A stretch of 64,000 nucleotides of DNA from Squalus acanthias. Lineage: Eukaryota. The stretch is from assembly GCA_030390025.1 (NCBI GenBank), contig CM059429.1:102424001-102488000 (forward strand), given 5' to 3'. The position numbers and the translations under genes were made by a program. Below, in pieces: positions 22,359-35,180 of this stretch (the first letter of the stretch is position 1; each line of letters begins with the position of its first letter). The notes under the pieces are model-generated. The model was not told where the DNA came from. It was given only the letters and a program-made list of their open reading frames with translations, and ran no database searches.

Positions 22359-24462
22359 ACCGCTCCATCACCTTTCTCAACCCTTCCACTACCTCTGCGC
22401 TGTCAGCCTGCTTGTCCAACATTCAGTCTTGGATGAGCTGCAATTTCCCTAAGCTAATCATTGGGAAGACCAAAGCCATTATCTTTGGCCCCTTCCATAA
22501 ACTCCATACCCTTGCTACTGACTCAGCCACTGATCACACCATCCTCCTCAAACGCCTCTCCTCCGTCCTCCAGCTGGGTGGGACTGCCCTCAACTGGTCC
22601 ACTCTTATCTATCCAATCGTAGCCAGAGAATCACCTGCAATTTCTTCTCTTCCCTCTCCCACACCGTTACCTCTGGAGTCCCCCAAAGGATCTAACCTTG
22701 GCCCCCTCCTATTTCTCATCTACATGCTGCCCCTCGGCAACATTATCCAAAAACACAACGTCACATGCCACATGTACGCTGACAACACCCAGCTCTACCT
22801 CACCACCACCTCTCTCAACCCCTCCACTGTCTCTGATTTGTCACCCTGCTTGTCCGACATCTAGTCCTAGATCAGCAGAAATTTCCTCCAACTAAATATT
22901 GGGAAGACCGAAGCCATTGTCTTCGGTCCCTGCCACAAACTCCATTCCCTAGCTACAGACTCCATCCCTCTCCCGGGTCACTGTCTGAGGTGGAACTAGA
23001 CTGCTCGCAACCTTGGCATCCTATTTGACCCTGAGGTGAGCTTCCGACCACATATCCGCTCCATCACTAAGACTGTCTACTTCCACCTCCATTACATCTA
23101 CTGTCTCTGCCCCTGCCTTAGCTCACCCGCTGCTAAAACCCTCATCAATTCCTTTGTTACCTCTAGACTTGACTGCAGGGCTACGGACCAAGAGCTGGGG
23201 AGTGGGTTTAGGCTGGATAGCTCTTTGTTGGCCGGCACGGACACGATGGGCCAAAATGGCCTCCTTCCGTGCTGTAACATTCTATGATTCTATTCTATGA
23301 TTCTATTCCAGTGCTCTCCTGGTTGGCCTCCCATCTTCCATCAGCTTGAACTCATCCATAACTCTGCCACCCGTGTCCTAACTCGCACCAAATCATGTTC
23401 ACCCATCACCCCTTGTGCTCGCTGACCTACATTGACTCCCGGTCCAGCAACGCCTCAATTTTAAAATTCTCATCCTTGTTTTCAAATCCCTCTACGGCCT
23501 CATGCCACCCCACCCCCGCCGCTGATCTCTAATCTCCTCCAGCCCTACAACCCTCCGAGATCTCTGAGCTCCTCCAATTCTGGCCTCTTGCGCCTCCCCG
23601 ATTTTAATCATTCTACCATTGGCGGTCGTGCCTTCAGCTGCATAGGCCCTAAGCTCTGAAATTCCGTCCCTAAGCCTCTCCTCCTCCTTACCTCTCTTTC
23701 CTCCTTAACACCTACCTCTGTGACCAAGTCACCTGTCCTAATATTTCCTTATGTGGCTTGGTGTCAAATTTTATTTGATAACACTCCTGGGAAGCTCCTT
23801 AAGACATTTTATTATGTTAAAAATGCTATATAATTGCACGTTGTTGTTGTCTCAGGTTGAACTAGACAGTTTGCAATCTCCGCGTCCTATTCGACCCCAA
23901 GCTGTGCATCCAAACCCAGATCCTTTCTATGACAAAGACTGCCCACTGCCACCTCCATAACATCACCCGCTTCTGCTTCTGTCTCAGCCATACTGCCACA
24001 GAAAGCCTTATCTATGCCTTTGTCACCTTCAGACTTGACTATTCCAATGCTCTCCTGGCCAGCCTCCCATCCTCCATAGTCTATACACTTCAGCTCATCC
24101 AAAACTCTTAGCCTATATCCCATCCTGCGACAAGGAAGGCTCACCCGTCACCACCTGTGCTCATTGGCTCCAGGTCCCCTGACACATCAAATTTAATCCT
24201 CATCCTCACATTTCATTTCCTTCATGGTCTTGCTTTCCATATCTCTGTAACCTCCTCCAGCCCTACAACCCCCCCCCCCCCTCATTTCTCCCCCCCCCCC
24301 ACCTACCCCTCACATGCCAAACACTCCATTCCTCTGACTCTGGCCTCTCATGCATTCTCTCCCCCCTTCAACCCACTATTGGCAACCATGTTTTTAGCCA
24401 CCTATGCCCCGTGCACTGGACCTGCCTCCCTCTCCTCCTTTAAGACTTGCCTTAAAGCCAAT
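22359..24462 (+). mobile_element. Cluster of L2 LINE RT/3' fragments
   Basis: GSNLGPLLFLIYMLPLG, HMYADNTQLY, IGKTKAI, FVTSRLDY/C, LHWLP-type motifs in about three partial copies. Confidence 0.88.
23175..23305 (+). mobile_element. CR1-type 3' tail inserted into L2
   Basis: GATGGGCCAAAATGGCCTCCTTCCGTGCTGTAAC(ATTCTATG)n interrupts L2 AGACTTGACT|ATTCC. Confidence 0.8.
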
Positions 24463-25118
24463 GGGGGAGAATTTCATTATAGTCCTGTCTGAGGTGCTAA
24501 CTTTTAAAAGTTGAGAAAGTTAGCGCCAGGCGCTAATGTTTTCCAACTTTTAAAAATTTGGTTTTGCGCTCCAGGAAGGAACTGGAACGCTAAATCAAGC
24601 CCTCCACTTCCTTCCTGGAGCGCAACAGGCAGCAGGCGGGGCGGTAGGTGAGCAGCGCTGGACACTGGGCCGTGCAGCGCTGCCGCGTTGGAAGGTTCCT
24701 TCCCTCCCTTAAAGGGAAGGGCCATCGCTGCAGGCTCTGCAAGGGCAAAACTTAGCTGGTCCCCGACGGCAGCCGTGGTCCGGCCCGATCAGCCCGATGC
24801 ACTGCACCTACCTTGGCCACCTCGCCTTTAATTATCGTCCCCGAAGCGCCCGGCCTCCCGAACAACGCCTCCTGCAGCTGTCGGTGTTTTCGCCCGGCGA
24901 TGCTGCAGGGGGCGGAAATGAATTTCAGGTCCGGGACGCTACCGGGCCGATACGCAGTCGGATGACATCACGATCTCCGGGCACAGGAGATCGTGGCGCG
25001 AGGGGCTACCGCCGCCGCAAACTGCTTGGTGAATTTCGCGGGCGGCAAGTCCTAAGCGTCCCATTATCGCCCCCAGGAGGCGCTAACGGGAGGTGCTATG
25101 GCACCGAATTTCTCGCCC
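24463..25118. mobile_element. Harbinger-type MITE (family of 42500-46541, reverse orientation)
   Basis: TIR GGGGGAGAATTTC / GAATTTCTCGCCC; repeated TAGCGCC motifs; interrupts an L2 3' end. Confidence 0.85.
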
Positions 25119-26198
25119 TATCTCTTTAACTAAGTTTTGGTCGCTGTCCTAAAATAGCTCTGTCTCTTGCTCGGCAGCCATTTTTTTTGATTACAGCCTA
25201 GCTAAAGGCAAGTTATATAAATGCAAGTTGCTGATCAACCAGCTAATAGGGTGTCCACAATATTGGCATGGGGTGGCTGGTGCTCTAATTTCTCGCTCTA
25301 TGTGTAGAAACGCTTGGTCCCCCCCTGATGACACATTTGAAATCTGGAACTCGTTGTGTGGTGAATCACAAGCACAAACTTCTGTACTCTGTGGCTGAAA
25401 GATTACTTTTCCAATTAATATTCTTGTCACGATCACTGGCAACAAACAAAGATTTCCTTATGGCCAGCTCTTAGGTTCTACGTCCAAAAATGTGCTGGAT
25501 GGCACTATGGTTACTGCAGCTTTAAAGAGGCATTATTGCCTCGATGGGAACTTTTTCGTTTCTAGGTTATGTTTCTGGAAAAACGAATTCCAAAAAATCT
25601 CACAATAAAAGACGTTTGTGCTGCAGCGGACGTTGTATCTGCTATCCTGTAAAACTATTGACATTATTTTTCAAGGTTACTTAGGTCATGTCGGGAGCCA
25701 GCATTGTCCAGTTTTAAGATTTTGGACACATACAGTGTTAGAAAGGAGCATTGTGTGTAATTATGCAGTTTTAGTTTAACTGGATTTCTAAGTATATTTT
25801 CTGTTGTGACTCAGTTGCAAGTTTGGGTTATGGATTTGAGCCATTCCTTATTGTTGGCTGATCTGTTGTTTATTAAAGGCGCTTGACCATTTACATCTGC
25901 ATTTAGTTATGGCCCCATCTGAGACTGTATTTCTCTCTTACGTGGTACTTTACATAACAAGGTATGACTTGTTATTAAGCGATTTGAGGGATGTTTTTGG
26001 ACTGTAGGGCAAAAAAATGGGTTTTGAGAAGGTTTTTAAAGGAAGAGAAACAATTCGAGGAGTGGACAGTTCTGGGAGGGAGTTCCACACAGCAGGGCCG
26101 AGCTGAAAGCTCTGCCACCAATGGGCCGAAGGGAGGGAAGAATGCACAGTAGGCCAGTCAGAAGACCAAAGGATGCAGAAGGGAAAGTAAGACTGAAG

Positions 26199-26693
26199 CT
26201 CGAGGAACAGCACCGCATCTTTAGTTTAGGCACGCTACAGCCCTCTGGACTCAATATCGAGTTCAACAATTTTAGATCATAACCTCAGCCCCTATCACAT
26301 TTATATTTTACTTTTTCATCCACCCTTTTGTTTGCTCCCCCCCTTTTTTTTCCCTCCTAGAAGCTGGCAGCTGTCCTTCATTCTGCCAGTGCATTTCACA
26401 CTTCTTTTAGCCCAACCTGTCACATTAACACCTCCTCTTGCCTTGATCATCTCTTAATGTCTCTTCATGTCTCTTAATCTCTCCTTTTGTTCTTTCATCC
26501 CCTCCCCCTTTTCCCAGCTTTATCCTTGCCTTAAATCTATTTCATTTCCTGCTATTTCCAGTTCTGACGAAAGGTCTTCGACCTGAAACGTTAACTCTGT
26601 TTCTCTCTCCACGGATGCTGCCTGGCCTGCTGAGTTTTTCCAGCGTTTTCTGTTATTATTTCGGATTTCCAGCATCTGCAGTATTTTGCTATC
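26199..26693 (+). mobile_element. Penelope-like element 3' end with hammerhead ribozyme, 12-bp TSD
   Basis: LEEQHRIFSLGTLQPSGLNIEFNNF (GIY-YIG C-terminus); GTAAGACTGAAG at 26187-26198 and 26694-26705. Confidence 0.85.
26560..26596 (+). ncRNA. Minimal type I hammerhead ribozyme
   Basis: AGTT-CTGACGA-A-AGGTC ttc GACCT-GAAA-CGTT-AACT: conserved core, stem II hairpin, stem I AGTT/AACT, palindromic short stem III. Confidence 0.75.
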
Positions 26694-27009
26694 GTAAGAC
26701 TGAAGGAGGTTGGGTGTAGCAAGACCATGGAGAGATTTGAAGATGAGGACAAGGATTTTAAATTGAATGTGGTGAGTGATAAGAAGCCAGTGTAAATGTG
26801 TGAGGATCGGAGTGGTGGGCAAGCAGGGCTGCACGTGGGGCAGAATAAGGATAGCTGCATTTTTGACAAAGTTGGAGTTTAAGAGCACAGAGGATGTAAG
26901 GCCATTGTTGAAATAATGAAGCCAGTAGATGACTAAAGCATGCTTAAGAGTTTCAGTGGCGAATAGCTGAGGTAAGGGGCAGAAGTGAGAAATGTGGAAA
27001 AGAAAGAAA

Positions 27010-27410
27010 GCAAGACTTCCATTTATATAGTGTCTTTCACAACCTCAGGACATCACAAAGCACTTTGCAGCCAATTAAGTACTTCTGAAGTGTAGTCAGT
27101 GATGTAATGTAGGAAACGCTGCAGCCAATTTGCGTGCAGCAAGTTCCCACAAACAGCAATGTGATAATGACCAGATCATCTGTTTTAGTGATGTTGGTTG
27201 AGGGATGAATGTTGGCCCCAGGACACCAGGAGAACTTCCCCTGCTCTTTTTTGAATAGTACCGTGGAATCTTTTACGTCCACCTGAGGGGGAAGACGGGA
27301 CCTCGGTTTAACGTCTCATCTGAAAGATGGTACCTCCAACAGTGCAGCTCTCCCTCAGTACTACAATGAAGTGTGAGTCTGGATTATGTGCTCAGGTCTC
27401 TGTAGTGGAG
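27010..27410 (-). mobile_element. Deu-domain SINE (SacSINE1-like) with L2-derived tail
   Basis: GCAGCCAATTTGCG..CCCACAAACAGCAATGTGATAATGACCAGAT..CAGGACACC..GTTTAACGTCTCATC; homologous to 61835-62280. Confidence 0.85.
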
Positions 27411-28829
27411 ATTGAAATAAGCAGTCTTGGTGATGGAGAGGATGTGGAGTTTGAAGCACACTTCAGGATCAAACCATTTGGCATCGTATTGTTCAGCCTG
27501 AGCCAAGGAAAGGGATGAAATCAGTCACGGGAGCAGAGTTTGTGGCAGGTGCTGAGGACAATAGCTTTGAGTTTCCTTGCTGTGCATCTGAAGGAAGTTG
27601 TGAATAATCCAAGACTTAATGTCAATTACTTAAAATTATACAAATTTAACACACTTATAGAAATGAGCCAAGTGAGGCTACACTTCAAAGAATTAGAATT
27701 TATGCATTGTTTATAGAATACAGAAAATAACCTTTTCTAGTTGACAAAGTCACTGTTTGTGCCACATGACTATGTTAAGATATAGGCTGCCACTGTTAGA
27801 AGGGTGAATTGTTACAGTAAAATGTACAGAAATGTCTATGATTTTTATCAGAGAATCATGGACCTTTAAATGTTTCATAAGTGTAATCTGGAACACAATA
27901 TTAAGCCACCCAGCTACAAAAAGGCACCAAGAAATCCGACTTTCTAATTGAGCTACAATAAGGCTGCTGTCTCCGCCTCCGAAGCTTCTGTAAAAGTTGG
28001 TAAGTCATTTCCATTATTATAATAAAGTCTAATAATCTATTACATAACCATAAAAACATGCATTGTAAATCCAGTATCGCACTCAATGGTATGTGATAGC
28101 CTTGCTAATCTTCAGCTAGTGATATCCTGTATCCTCTCTCATTTGCTATGTTCTGAATAAATCATTCAAGTACTTGTCCTCGTCTTCTGAAATAGCATCA
28201 CTGTAGACAAACTAGAGCTCCCTGCGGAGTTTGAAGTCTAATGATGTAAGTTGTTTCTTATGTCTTCACAGATGAGTCTACAACATGCCCTATTGAGTCG
28301 ATGCTGGAGGCCATCACAGTTTCCGAGGATGATGGATATATCAGCACAAACTTGCACAGGATCTCAGCCCAGACAGGTGGCGTGCTGCTGATCAGTATTT
28401 AGAAAAGCACATCGCCTCGTCATTGATCCACCACAGGGACTCGGCAAAGTGCATGTGGAACATCGGGAAATATGTCACCCTAATTGGGGAGGCACTGACC
28501 ACACCGGGGAGCCCGCTTGTGCTGCAGAGGAAGTGTAGCACGTGCATGCCAGTGTGCAATGGGGGAACATCCATAGGCACAGTATCATGATACTACTGTG
28601 TACCATAATGTAATGTTGTGAGACAACAGTCGACCTCCTCATTGTAGCTCCAGGATTTTGCCATTCAGAGCTCCTTTTCGGGTTCTGTAATCTCTAGTCC
28701 ATGAGGTTTAGGCTGAGGATCCTCAACCCAGTAGCTCTCTGGAGTAGGATATATGGCAGTTCCTCAACATACTAGTGAAAAGAACAAATGCGCAGTTTTA
28801 ATGTAAGATGACTCAGAAATTATCAAACA

Positions 28830-29135
28830 CAAATCGCACCACGGCAGTTTGAGAATTTGAATTCAGTTTAAAAATAAACCTGGAAGTGAAAAAATAGCTT
28901 GTATCAGTAAACGTGACCATGAAGCTGTTGGATTGCTGTAAGAAACCAACTGATTCACTAATGTCCTTTAGGGAGGTAACCTGCCGTCCTTACCCGGTCT
29001 ATACTATATGTGACTCCACTCTCACATTAACATGGTTGACTCTTAACTGTCCTCTGGAGTGGCCTAGCAATCCACTCAGTTTAAGGATGGACAATAAATG
29101 CAACGCCCACATCCTGAGAATGAATAATTTTTAAA
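28830..29135 (+). mobile_element. Short non-autonomous element sharing both ends with the 3818-6548 LINE
   Basis: 28965-29082 matches 3818-3932; the final GGATGGACAATAAATG..CGCCCACATCC matches 6486-6530. Confidence 0.8.
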
Positions 29136-30355
29136 AATCAACATCATAGTTGGTTTGCATGTTTTTCTAAGGCAAGAAAAATAAGACAACAGATAATGAT
29201 GTTTACAGAGAAACACTTGAGGTTAGAACCTCCACTCCTTCAGGTGACCTGGGAGCGAAGAGGCCGGAAATTGGGGCAGAACCCATCTCTGCTGGGTTTC
29301 TGTCCCTCGATACCTGCCACAGCAAATTGTGATGGAGGAGGACAGGTGTTTCTTCTGTCTGTGGCCCCTCTATCCCGACATCAGTTTGGCGGTTTCCTGG
29401 TATCCCCAGGAAATCCTGTCGGATACACCAGCCATATAGCCAGAGGTAGGTATGCCAGCAGAAAGCAGGTGTACGTGCCGCACAGGACCCCATGTAGGCA
29501 CCACTACAAGGAATTCAAATGGCAATTGATCCCAGAAGGATGTATCGCTGTTTGAATCTGGATCCACCAGTGAGGGAGCATTGAGCATGGGCCTTTGCGA
29601 GGCTTTCAGTCTTCAATCAGACTTGCCTGTGACCTCTCTCCATCCAGGCGCTTGGAGCTGCTCTGAAATCCCAGTAGCTCTGCAGGCTGGGCCCCACAGT
29701 AGCACTGCTAGTGGCGTGGTCACCCGCTCCTAATATTTAAATGACCCTGTCCCCAGCATTTGGAATCATGGCGGGAACAAAGTGGCAAGCAGAAGCTCTA
29801 CCCTTTTATCTTTTTCAGGTGTACATGAATGTAGCAACACTCAAAAACAATGTGTAGTGAACGAGATGCTGGGAAGACTTTCTGCCTGGCAGCATCAGTA
29901 TCCCTGGCAAGATTAAGGCGAGTGCATACTGGGAAATTGGGTGGAAAACATTTCCACTTGTTCCCTGCTGGATTCACGCTCTGACCTACTTTCTATTTAG
30001 GCTGTATTCTCATTTTGAGCAGGGCTCTAATTATACACAGAACCAGCATAGTAATGAGGGCCTTGAACAGTCTCATTGAAACTTGCGATGTTTGGATGGA
30101 AATCCAACCTAGTGGGACTGCCATCCATTAAAATGAGACATTAAAAAGAAGCTGATAAAAGTCCCAATTTAAAGGGGCAGAATGAATAAAAGCTGGAATG
30201 CATTTAATTCCAGATTTTGTATATTTCATTTAGTGCTTAGTGTATGAATATATTTATTTTCCAATTAATGTTTAGTGCATTGAGTACGCTGCTAATTTTT
30301 TTTTAAAAGTTCAACCAATGTTTAAGATATATTAATTTGTTTTGTTCCAGCTAAT

Positions 30356-31117
30356 GGCCCAGAAATTCGGCTCCCTGGCTTCCTGCGGGTGCAAGGATCC
30401 CGTGCGCACCTACCTACCGCGCCTGCCGTTGACCCCTGGGCCCACGGGGACTTCAGCTCCTGGGCCTCCTCCAAGTGCCGGCGCGCAGTGCTTGCGTGTC
30501 CCAGGGGCGTAGTTAGTGCGATGCGTCCCCTGGGATCACGTGGGCCATGGAGAGCCAATGGCAGCAGACCATCTTTCATTCATAGATTTGACAGGAAGAC
30601 CTGTCAAATCTATGAATTGAAATCGGCCCCAAAACAACACCTAAACTTCAAATAATTTTTTTTTTAAACCATCACATTTTTAAAATAACTATAAGTTAAA
30701 TAAATTAACTACTTTAAACAAAAATTTAAATTTTTGAAAAAATTAAAATACTTTTTAACAGTGCTAAAAATAAACTTACCTTTCTTTAAAGTATCTAAAA
30801 AAAATAAACCTGTTGAAAAATTTTTTAAATTGTAATTAATTAACCACTTACCTTGTTGAAAACGGGTCTTGCGCCTCCTTTTTAAAAGCGCAGCTTCTTC
30901 AATACTTACCCTCCCGGAGAAACCTGAAAAAAAACCTAAGTTCGCTGCGTGCGCGCAGCCTCTACCGCGCACGCGGTTCACCTCTGAACCGCTCCCTTCA
31001 TGAGACCGGAAGTTCCGGTTTCCTGCGCATGTGCAGTGCATGCAGGAAACCGGCACTTCAGGAGGCCTTACGGGTGAGTACACAGCGCGTACTCACCCGG
31101 CAAGTGCCGAATTTTTG
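30356..31117. mobile_element. MITE with internal 18-bp-arm palindrome
   Basis: TIR GGCCCAGAAATTCGGC / GCCGAATTTTTG; 30544-31117 is nearly identical to 41473-42020. Confidence 0.85.
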
Positions 31118-31444
31118 TGTTTCATGCATTTCCCCTGTGTTTTCCGGATCATGGAGTGAATCTCTATATAATGAGAGAAGCAGCAGAATTATAGAATTTT
31201 ACTACATTGAAAAAGGTATCCACTTACACCTGCCCTTTGTCCATCGCCTTTAAAATTTTTCTTTTTCAGATTTTTATCCATTTCCTTTTTAAAATCTACT
31301 AAGGATTCTGCTTCCACTAGTAAGGCATTCCATGTCCTAACAACCCACTTTTTAGCATTCTAACCATTAGTACAGAGAAACATACTGTGCAGCAACTCTT
31401 TCTAAGCTTCTGAATAACGGGCAGAGCCATAAAGAAGATGGAGG

Positions 31445-31892
31445 AGCCAATTTTGAGGGGCAGGAAGGGGCAGGAGCACCCTGAACATCACAGTGTCGCG
31501 CTTACCGCCCCATTCCCGTTCCATTTCCGCCCACTGCCATTTTGGTGAAAGTCTCCGCATGCTGGCCCAGGCTGGTTCAGGTGGGAGCCTATTCATAATA
31601 TGCCAATCGGGGTCCTATGACACACAAATGCAATTCTGAGGTGCACACGCTCTGCCTATTGACACCAGACATTGAGTGATCTAACCAGTGGTCCTTAAAG
31701 GGATTGTTGCAGGTCGCTCAGATAAAGGTATGGTTCTGGCTTTTATTAGAGATGTTTGTGGAGCCAGGAGGAGCATGACTGCTCGCTCTGGCCCCACAAA
31801 GATCATCCAACTTGCTGCTGGACAGTCTGCGTACCCACTCCCCTCCCCCCGCCGTGATTGTCTTCCCCCTCCCGTGGATAACATTTCCCCCT
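31445..31892. mobile_element. Degenerate Harbinger-type MITE
   Basis: GGAGCCAGGAGGAGCA..GGCCCCACAAAG core shared with 39250-39811; ends ACATTTCCCCC. Confidence 0.5.
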
Positions 31893-31964
31893 GTAACAGT
31901 ACATACATAACAAAATTGCAATCCTTTCAAAAATGTTTGAAGAATACATTTTTAACATATATAA

Positions 31965-32600
31965 TTTTTTTTCTTGCTGATAGGATTTCTTATTCAATTT
32001 CTGATGGAACTGACTGACTATCACCTAACTAGGGAGTATTGAGATACAGAAGCTCAGACCAGCTGCGTTCCACAGTACAAGGAATCTATTGGTAATGAGC
32101 AGGGGTGGGGATTCTATTTGAATAAGTAATTACCTTTGTAGTTTTCAAAAAAAAAGGATGTCACTAAATTAAACAAATCTTCCACAGTGTATGCAACTTA
32201 ATTGTACAGTGTGGGACCTAGAGCCTGTTCTGTAATTAGGCAATTTCTATTGATATGAATGGGTTGGGGGTGGGGGGGATTGCCCTACAGTTCTTCTACG
32301 AAGCTTCACAGTTCTGTACTTGGATTGCTAATTCTAAAGAATGTCATGGAAAATGCAGTTATATCGAAACAACAAAGCATTTTCAGTTCTAATTTTTATT
32401 GCTGCATTTTTATCTCTGATTAGGGCATTCAGCTGGCCTGTTTGATCAATGCAAATTTTAATTGGTTGATTGGCGATGTTTTTTTTTAACAGGTATTTTA
32501 AAAAAATTATTTTTTTGTTGCTGATAGGATTTCTTATTCAATTTCTGATGGAACTGACTGACTATCACCTCACTAGGGAGTATCGAGATGCAGAAGGAGA
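31965..32600 (+). repeat. Local ~90-bp direct duplication (31965-32055 / 32510-32600)
   Basis: TTGCTGATAGGATTTCTTATTCAATTTCTGATGGAACTGACTGACTATCACCT.ACTAGGGAGTAT.GAGAT.CAGAAG present twice. Confidence 0.9.
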
Positions 32601-34604
32601 CCAAACCCTGCTGAAATATGCAAATTAAATACATTTTTTTTACCAACCATGTGGCTGGTATTCATGGAAATCTATCAGCTCCTGAAATTGCTGCCCCCCC
32701 ACCCCCCATAACCAGTGAGCTGCCTGTGAACGTCAGAACTGCACTCGCAGCCCCCCAGCAGTACTGAAATAAGGCCCGACCATCAAATAGCTCGGGTTTT
32801 GCAGCAAGGACATTGGGAAGGCAGCGCGATCGCACCACTGGCTGCCCAACAGATGTCTGCCCAGAGATAAAGTCAGCTCTGGGATCTGTAAAAGTGTTGC
32901 CACAAATTGAACATTTATTCAATTCAGGGTACACCACAAATACCTTATTGCTGAGTTGCTTTGAAAGCATCTAATCATAATGCTTCATGGTTGAAGTGGA
33001 ACTAGATGAAAGAAAGTATTCAACGGAGATCAGCAGGCAGCAGAGCCAGTTGGTCCACACGCACATTGATGCCAACCAATCAGTTCTGCACCCTCACCTG
33101 GCAATGACATGTGGAATTGGCTCTAAGTTACCATGAAACTGCTTGCAGGTCTCATCTGCTGCAAGGATACTTGTAGCCAACCTGCACTGTAGAGATAGCA
33201 CTGTCAGGTGCAGGCAGGGTTACACTTTGACTTCACCTCCTTCCAGTCAGGCATAGGGATAATCTGCCCTATCAGCCAATGTGCTGCCCACAAATATATG
33301 GATCAATTGACTGATGTATCGTTCAGCATAGCCATGCGTTTTATCTCCTTTGCTGCCGAACGTGCACAAAGAGCATGTCGTAGCTGCCCAGTGTCACTGC
33401 ACTGTTGCATTTCCACAAGTACAGGGGGTCCAGCAGTAAATGTGCAACAGGTAGCTCGGCAACACTTTGTGGCATGCGTACTTGGACCATCTACCTGGGA
33501 AATGGTACCGTTGGGTAAGGTTACTTTGGTCATTTCCTTAAGGCTTGCCATCTCCTTCTACATCTGTTTCCAAATCTTGTGGGAAGTACATGTCGCAGTG
33601 CTGTTATCTGGGCAGAGTGCACTGTAGGACAATCCTGCCCATACAAAACTCATACAATAGTATATTCACCACGTTAGCCATCAAATAGAGAGTTCAGGTA
33701 CTGCATCACCCCATCGTTTGGCCACAGACTCCATTTCCTGCCTCTACATATAACTTGTGTGCCCCTGTTTTTGGCAGTCAGTTTTTTTTTGTCACATTTT
33801 CCCACATAAGACTGCCTATAGAAAGGTTATGGAAACATTCCCTTCGTCAATACAGCCTTTATACAGGCTGCTCCCATATATGCTGCCACATACCTTTTAG
33901 AAGTGGCATCCTTTTTAAATTCTTTACAACGCAATTTCAGCAGCCCTTCTAAGGTTTCTCACCTCCTCCCATCCCTCTAACGAGCCCCGAGTGCCAGGTC
34001 CAATATGGGCCATCCGTGTCCATGCATAAATTTAAATAATTAAAATAGGCCGACCGCAGGAATCCCATGAAGTTGACCTGTGGCAAAGCAGTGGACAGAA
34101 AGTTTCAGCACCAGAACTGGAAAATCTAAGCTGCGGTGTATACTTATGTGTAGAGAAAACACAAGAATATATTAACCTGTAATATTTACCAATTGGTTAG
34201 ATTACACAGTTTATTTCTTATCACTTTTATGTCGAATTTCATATAGTTTGCAAATTTTCAGTTGGATGGCTTTTCCCTTTCAAGATTCAGTCTGTTGTCT
34301 TCTGAAAGACTCTTCCATATGTTGTTCCTCTTGAGTCCTGCTTCAACATATTACTGCAGAAACTATATACAAATATACTTTGATTTTTATACAAATATGT
34401 TGCAAATGCTAATTTTCCCTTAGTATTCATTGAAGTTACCATAGAACTGCTACATCATTTTAATAATACAATAAAACATACAGTGGCTATCAGCAATATT
34501 ATCAGAACTTATTAATACTGTATGATCACAAGACAGGTTTGTAGGAAGAAGGCCCTCTGGCTCATTTGGTTTCATCCTTTCTGAATACCAGTTCTACTAT
34601 AAAG

Positions 34605-35180
34605 TCATAACGGCACAGAAGGAGGCCATTCGGCCCATCGAGTCCGTGCCAGCTCTCTGTAGAGCAATCCAGTCAGTCCCATTCCCCTGCTCTATCCCCG
34701 TAGCCCTGCAAGTTTATTTCCCTCAAGTGCCTATCCAGTCTCCCCTTGAAAACATTGAGTGTCTCCCCTTACACCACTTCCATCGGCAACGAATTCCAGG
34801 TCATCACCACTCGCTGTGTAAAAAGTTTTTCCTCACATTCCCCCTGTATCTCTTGCCCAAAACCTTAAATCTGTGTCCCCTAGTCCTTGTACCATCAACT
34901 AGTGGGAAAAGCCTTTCCTCGTCTAGCCTATCCAAACCCGTCATAATCTTGTACACCTCTATCAAATCACCCCTCAACCTCCTTTGCTCTAATGAAAACA
35001 AATCCAGCTTCTCCAACCTGTCCTTGTAGCTAAGATCCCCCATCCCCGGAACCATTCTGGTAAATCTCCTCTGCACTCTCAAGAGCCTTCACATCCTTCC
35101 TAAAGTGTGGTGACCAGAACTGGATGCAATACTCCAGTTGTGGCCTAACCAGCGCTTTATAAAGGTTCAGCATAACTTCT
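34605..35180 (-). mobile_element. CR1 LINE 3' fragment
   Basis: RVQRRFTRMVPGM..RRLRGDLIEVYKIM..RTRGH plus CR1 3' UTR. Confidence 0.9.

Larger units (their letters stand above)
25945..27620 (-). mobile_element. Degraded L2 hosting Penelope and SINE insertions
   Basis: PILTHLHWLLITHHIQFKILVLIFKSLHGLA and VWNSLP motifs on minus, split by 26199-26693 and 27010-27410. Confidence 0.75.

Noticed and set aside
22175-22864. 229-aa ORF as a gene
   Set aside because: Chance read-through from antisense LTR into two L2 fragments.
28272-28376. Coding exon after cttcacag
   Set aside because: Weak donor (gtggcg), early stop and no recognisable homology.
31975-32025. C/D box snoRNA pair
   Set aside because: CTGA motifs are present but there is no RTGATGA C box or terminal stem.
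25566-32091. Naming the exon chain as an RFX-like or RasGEF-like pseudogene
   Set aside because: Only vague resemblances in different frames; the RFX-like frame has about as many stops as random sequence.
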